Both the position numbers and the translations under genes were made by a program. 64,000 nucleotides of DNA, taken from an uncultured virus (IMG/VR IMGVR_UViG_3300042864_000556) (Duplodnaviria > Heunggongvirae > Uroviricota > Caudoviricetes). Shown piece by piece: positions 60,549-64,000 of this stretch (position 1 is its first letter; every line of letters begins with the position of its first letter). The notes beneath the pieces were generated by a model, which had not been told where the DNA came from, did not search any database, and worked only from the letters and a program-made list of their open reading frames with translations. The stretch lies in IMG/VR virus record IMGVR_UViG_3300042864_000556, one strand, 5' to 3'.

Positions 60549-62684
60549 ATGGCTATTTATAAAGACAACGATGAGGGTACAACCCAAATGCAGCCCTCAC
60601 AAGACATAAAAGAGTGGACAGAAAAAGACTACATACAACAGATACGCTGGGTAGCGGGTATGTATAATCGTGCGGTATATAGTCCAATAGCAAGAAACAC
60701 AGCAATTACAGCCAATGATAAGTTTAACTCTTGGATAGATAACTACAATTTAAACGAAGCGTACTATTGGGGAGTTCAAGCAATAGAGGACTTTCAAAGT
60801 TTAACAGTAGATGAATCTAACAAGCCGTTAGCTATATCAATGCGTAGGGATAGGGATATATTCCAAATAGTAAACAAGGTAGTTGGTACGGGTATGCAGC
60901 CATTAAAACAGCTACCAAAGATGATTTCGGCTTTCTCAAAGAATCCTAACACCATTAGCAAGCGAATGTTTTTAAAGGACTTAGCCAAGTTAATGATAGA
61001 CCAAAAGAACTTCTTTGAAATGATGCAACAAACAAGCGGGCTAGAATTAAAACCGTTTGGGGATTTAGACCTTAATGACGAAGCAGAAGTTGAAACATAC
61101 TTCACCAATTACAAAGAGGGGCTAGAAAGGTCATACATTGCACTAGCCAAAGATATTTGTTACCGCAACTCATATGTTAGTGTGTTGGAAAAGGGCTTAG
61201 TACACGCAGCAATAGGCGGTATAAACGTAGTTCGTATAGATGTAGAAAACGGCATGGTGTATTGGAGAATAGTGCCACCACAGTTTGCTATATGGGATAA
61301 CTACAACAGCGACCCGATGCATAGGTACGATAGATTTGCGGGGGAGGTAAAACAATATACTTTAACAGAATTGTTTTCACGATATGAATTTACCGAAGAA
61401 GAAAAGAAAGACCTAAAAGAAATAGCACAAGCGCCTCAATCGTGGTTAGATTATAACACTATGTATAACGGTGTTAGCTTTTCATGGTACGACCAAAGTG
61501 CCAATAGCATTCCAATGGTAACGGTAGTTGAATGCCAATGGCGTTCACTAAACTACATGAAAGGTGTAGAAAAACCTTTTGAAGTTATAAGAGAAGGAGT
61601 ATTGATAGGTAACAAGTATTTGAAAGAATACGGCATAGCTAAAAATTGCCCAGAGGATACAAGAAATAAATCTAAGTTAAGAATGCGTTATGTGGCGGTT
61701 TCACCCGCAATGTTAAGCGGTGGCAACTTGTCTATTGTAGATATGCTAAGAACGTATCAATCAGAAAAGAACGCAATTAAAACTAAGCTATTCCAATTGA
61801 TAGCCAACGCCAAAGGCAAGAGATATGTGGTGTATGCAGATAGATTGCCTGCGGGAATGGGTACGCCCGATTTCCTTTCGCAGCTAACACAAGCGGGTGT
61901 GGCTGTATTAACGGGTACGCAAATAGACGACAACTCAAACGATAAGAATGAAAGTTTGGTACAGACTATTGACATGACATTAGACCAAAATGTTTTTGGC
62001 TTGATTAATATCATGGCAGACATTCGTAGAAATATGAATGACATAGTAGCGTTAAACCAAACAGCATTAGGGAATACAGACAACTACATGAGCAAGGAAC
62101 AGCTAATGCAAAATGTAGACTCTGCTAAGTTGGGTATGGATTTCTTTTATAGTGCATACAATGAGTTTGTAAAGAACTTGTTAGAAGTGTCTGCAAACAT
62201 GGCAAAGCTATGTATAAAAGAAAACGAAGAAGACTACACGTTAATAGTAGGGGATGGAATGTACGAAATGCTATCGGCAGAAGTAGCAGAGAAGTTAGTG
62301 TTTGAGGATATGGACTTAGTGTTGTCAATAAGCGATTACCTAACCGAACAAGATAAGAATTTCTACAAGCAATACTTCATACAGAAAGCTAGTGCTAGTG
62401 CTAATCCTTTAGACGATTTAATGGTATTAGGAATAGACAAGTTCAGTTCTAAAAATGAAATGATAAACTACATAACCTATATGACGGCTAAGAAGATTGA
62501 AATGCAGAACGCAGAAAGAGAGCAAGCAATGGCACAGCAGCAACAAGCGGTAGAAGCACAAGCGGGCGCACAAGTAGATAGCACAGCAATCGGGGCAGAA
62601 ACGGCATTAGAGAAAGAGGCTATGAAAACAGAACGTGACATAGCCTTAGCTGAGATGAAAAATAGCGAACAGCCTATTAGATAG
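60549..62684 (+). CDS. Portal protein
   Basis: 711 aa directly after TerL, Q-rich helical C-terminus. Confidence 0.75.
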   Translation: MAIYKDNDEGTTQMQPSQDIKEWTEKDYIQQIRWVAGMYNRAVYSPIARNTAITANDKFNSWIDNYNLNEAYYWGVQAIEDFQSLTVDESNKPLAISMRRDRDIFQIVNKVVGTGMQPLKQLPKMISAFSKNPNTISKRMFLKDLAKLMIDQKNFFEMMQQTSGLELKPFGDLDLNDEAEVETYFTNYKEGLERSYIALAKDICYRNSYVSVLEKGLVHAAIGGINVVRIDVENGMVYWRIVPPQFAIWDNYNSDPMHRYDRFAGEVKQYTLTELFSRYEFTEEEKKDLKEIAQAPQSWLDYNTMYNGVSFSWYDQSANSIPMVTVVECQWRSLNYMKGVEKPFEVIREGVLIGNKYLKEYGIAKNCPEDTRNKSKLRMRYVAVSPAMLSGGNLSIVDMLRTYQSEKNAIKTKLFQLIANAKGKRYVVYADRLPAGMGTPDFLSQLTQAGVAVLTGTQIDDNSNDKNESLVQTIDMTLDQNVFGLINIMADIRRNMNDIVALNQTALGNTDNYMSKEQLMQNVDSAKLGMDFFYSAYNEFVKNLLEVSANMAKLCIKENEEDYTLIVGDGMYEMLSAEVAEKLVFEDMDLVLSISDYLTEQDKNFYKQYFIQKASASANPLDDLMVLGIDKFSSKNEMINYITYMTAKKIEMQNAEREQAMAQQQQAVEAQAGAQVDSTAIGAETALEKEAMKTERDIALAEMKNSEQPIR

Positions 62685-62710
62685 GCTATGCCTATTGGTT
62701 AAGCCAACGC

Positions 62711-62944
62711 TTATTGGTTAAGCCAACGCTTAATCGCTATCTTTATCAATGTAGTTTCGCAGTCAATCCCCATGAGTTCACCCCTTTCAATTAGTTCAAT
62801 AAACATTGAAGGGGAAACCCTTGCGTTTATCTTTACCAATTCATAGTTGCCGTCTTCAATAGACTTTAATACTTTTTCTTTTTTCAAGAGTACCCGATTA
62901 GGGGATTTAATTCTTGGTCTTTTTTGTGTTAACTTGTCGCTCAT
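62711..62944 (-). CDS. Putative ribbon-helix-helix regulator
   Basis: VKINARVSPSMFIELIERGELMG...TTLIKIAIKRWL; start reassigned to MSDK; divergent from scaffold gene. Confidence 0.5.
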   Translation of the reverse strand: MSDKLTQKRPRIKSPNRVLLKKEKVLKSIEDGNYELVKINARVSPSMFIELIERGELMGIDCETTLIKIAIKRWLNQ

Positions 62945-63026
62945 GTCTACAAACATACATATAAACATGATAATGTCCAAATTAATAGACATATTTTTGT
63001 TGGGTATATAAATTTAAAAGGACATT

Positions 63027-64000
63027 ATGGAAGAAAATGAACAAAACGTAGGGGGAGAAATCCTCGATGCGGGGGTTAGGGAAGACCTAACCAATTTCTT
63101 TACAAAGTACGAGGAAGCAACGGGAGAAAAGAAAGTAGAAGCGCAAGCTGAAACGCAAGTTGAAACTCCAACCGAAACGCAAGTTGAAACGCCAACAGAG
63201 CAAACAACCGAAACGCAAGTTGAAGCGCAAGTAGAAACTCCAACGCCCGAAGCTACACAAGAACCGAACAAAGAACCGCTCTTTGAATTATTGACCGAAC
63301 AAGCAAACACCACACCAACGGCAGAAACGCCAACGGAAGTTAAGTTGCCTAAAGAAGTAGAGGAAAGATTGTCGTTGGTAGATGCTTACGAAAGCAGATT
63401 AAAGGCGATAGATGAAAACCCTATTGTAAAGGCATTAGCTTACGCAGAATCGCTTGAGCAGATTAGACAAATTGCAAGAGAGATAGCAGGCGAAGACGTT
63501 TCTAAATTAGGCGTATCGGAATTGATTAGGCGTGAAGCAGAAGCAAGCGGATTGGAAGGAGAAGAACTAACAATCGCAATTGAAGAAGAAATGGCATCAT
63601 ATGAATCAATGACAAGGTTAGCAAGAAAGTCTTTTGAAAACAACTTAAAAGCTAAGTATGACAAAGGGGGCGAAAGCAAAACCTTACAAGCGTTAGAGGA
63701 AGCGTTTAAAGCAAAAGAGAAAGAAAGAGTTAACCCCGAAGAAAACCAAAGGTTGTTAGAAGAAGCTATCAAAAAGGACACCGAGAAATTGCAAAGCATA
63801 GCAAGTAAGTATGTAGGGCAAGAAGTAAGTGGCTTTAAAGTTCCCGAAGATTTTAGCCAAAAGGTAATTGAACTATACAATTCAGATGAGTTCAATTTCT
63901 TTGACGAAAGAGGAAACTTTAGAGAAGATAAGTTTGCACAGTTAGCCTTTTGGAAGTTATACGGAACTACTTTACTACAAGCACAAAAAGAAGCAGTAAA
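63027..64000 (+). CDS. Probable capsid scaffolding protein, 3'-truncated
   Basis: MEENEQ..., acidic ETQVETPT repeats, follows portal; open to window end. Confidence 0.6.
   Translation, partial: MEENEQNVGGEILDAGVREDLTNFFTKYEEATGEKKVEAQAETQVETPTETQVETPTEQTTETQVEAQVETPTPEATQEPNKEPLFELLTEQANTTPTAETPTEVKLPKEVEERLSLVDAYESRLKAIDENPIVKALAYAESLEQIRQIAREIAGEDVSKLGVSELIRREAEASGLEGEELTIAIEEEMASYESMTRLARKSFENNLKAKYDKGGESKTLQALEEAFKAKEKERVNPEENQRLLEEAIKKDTEKLQSIASKYVGQEVSGFKVPEDFSQKVIELYNSDEFNFFDERGNFREDKFAQLAFWKLYGTTLLQAQKEAV

Noticed and set aside
42171..62684. Stop-codon reassignment as in some crAss-like phages
   Set aside because: Structural genes are long and intact in the standard code; TAG is used as a stop (e.g. 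TerL, portal)
63130..63250. GAAACGCAAGTTGAA repeats
   Set aside because: Coding repeats (ETQVE) in the probable scaffold protein

Overview
AT-rich dsDNA phage genome segment, most likely infecting a Bacteroidota host (TAnnTTTG promoters, A-rich translation starts, DUF3127-type SSB). It has a podovirus/crAss-like virion module (tail proteins, a 2970-aa polyvalent protein, TerL, portal, probable scaffold). It also has a lysis cluster, an intein-containing metallophosphoesterase, and ERF, HU, replication initiator, primase-helicase and NinG-like genes. Main result: three integron-like gene-cassette arrays (about 9.6-11.1, 15.9-17.4 and 19.1-25.9 kb) holding 19 cassettes. Cassettes are separated by attC-like hairpins (TAAC...GTTA). 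The two ends of each cassette are complementary to each other but not to the neighbouring cassette, and every array ends in the same conserved non-hairpin attI-like site. Cargo genes run antisense to the normal integron orientation, and seven start inside the attC loop. I found no integrase in the window. All protein assignments come from reading motifs by eye; no database searches were run.
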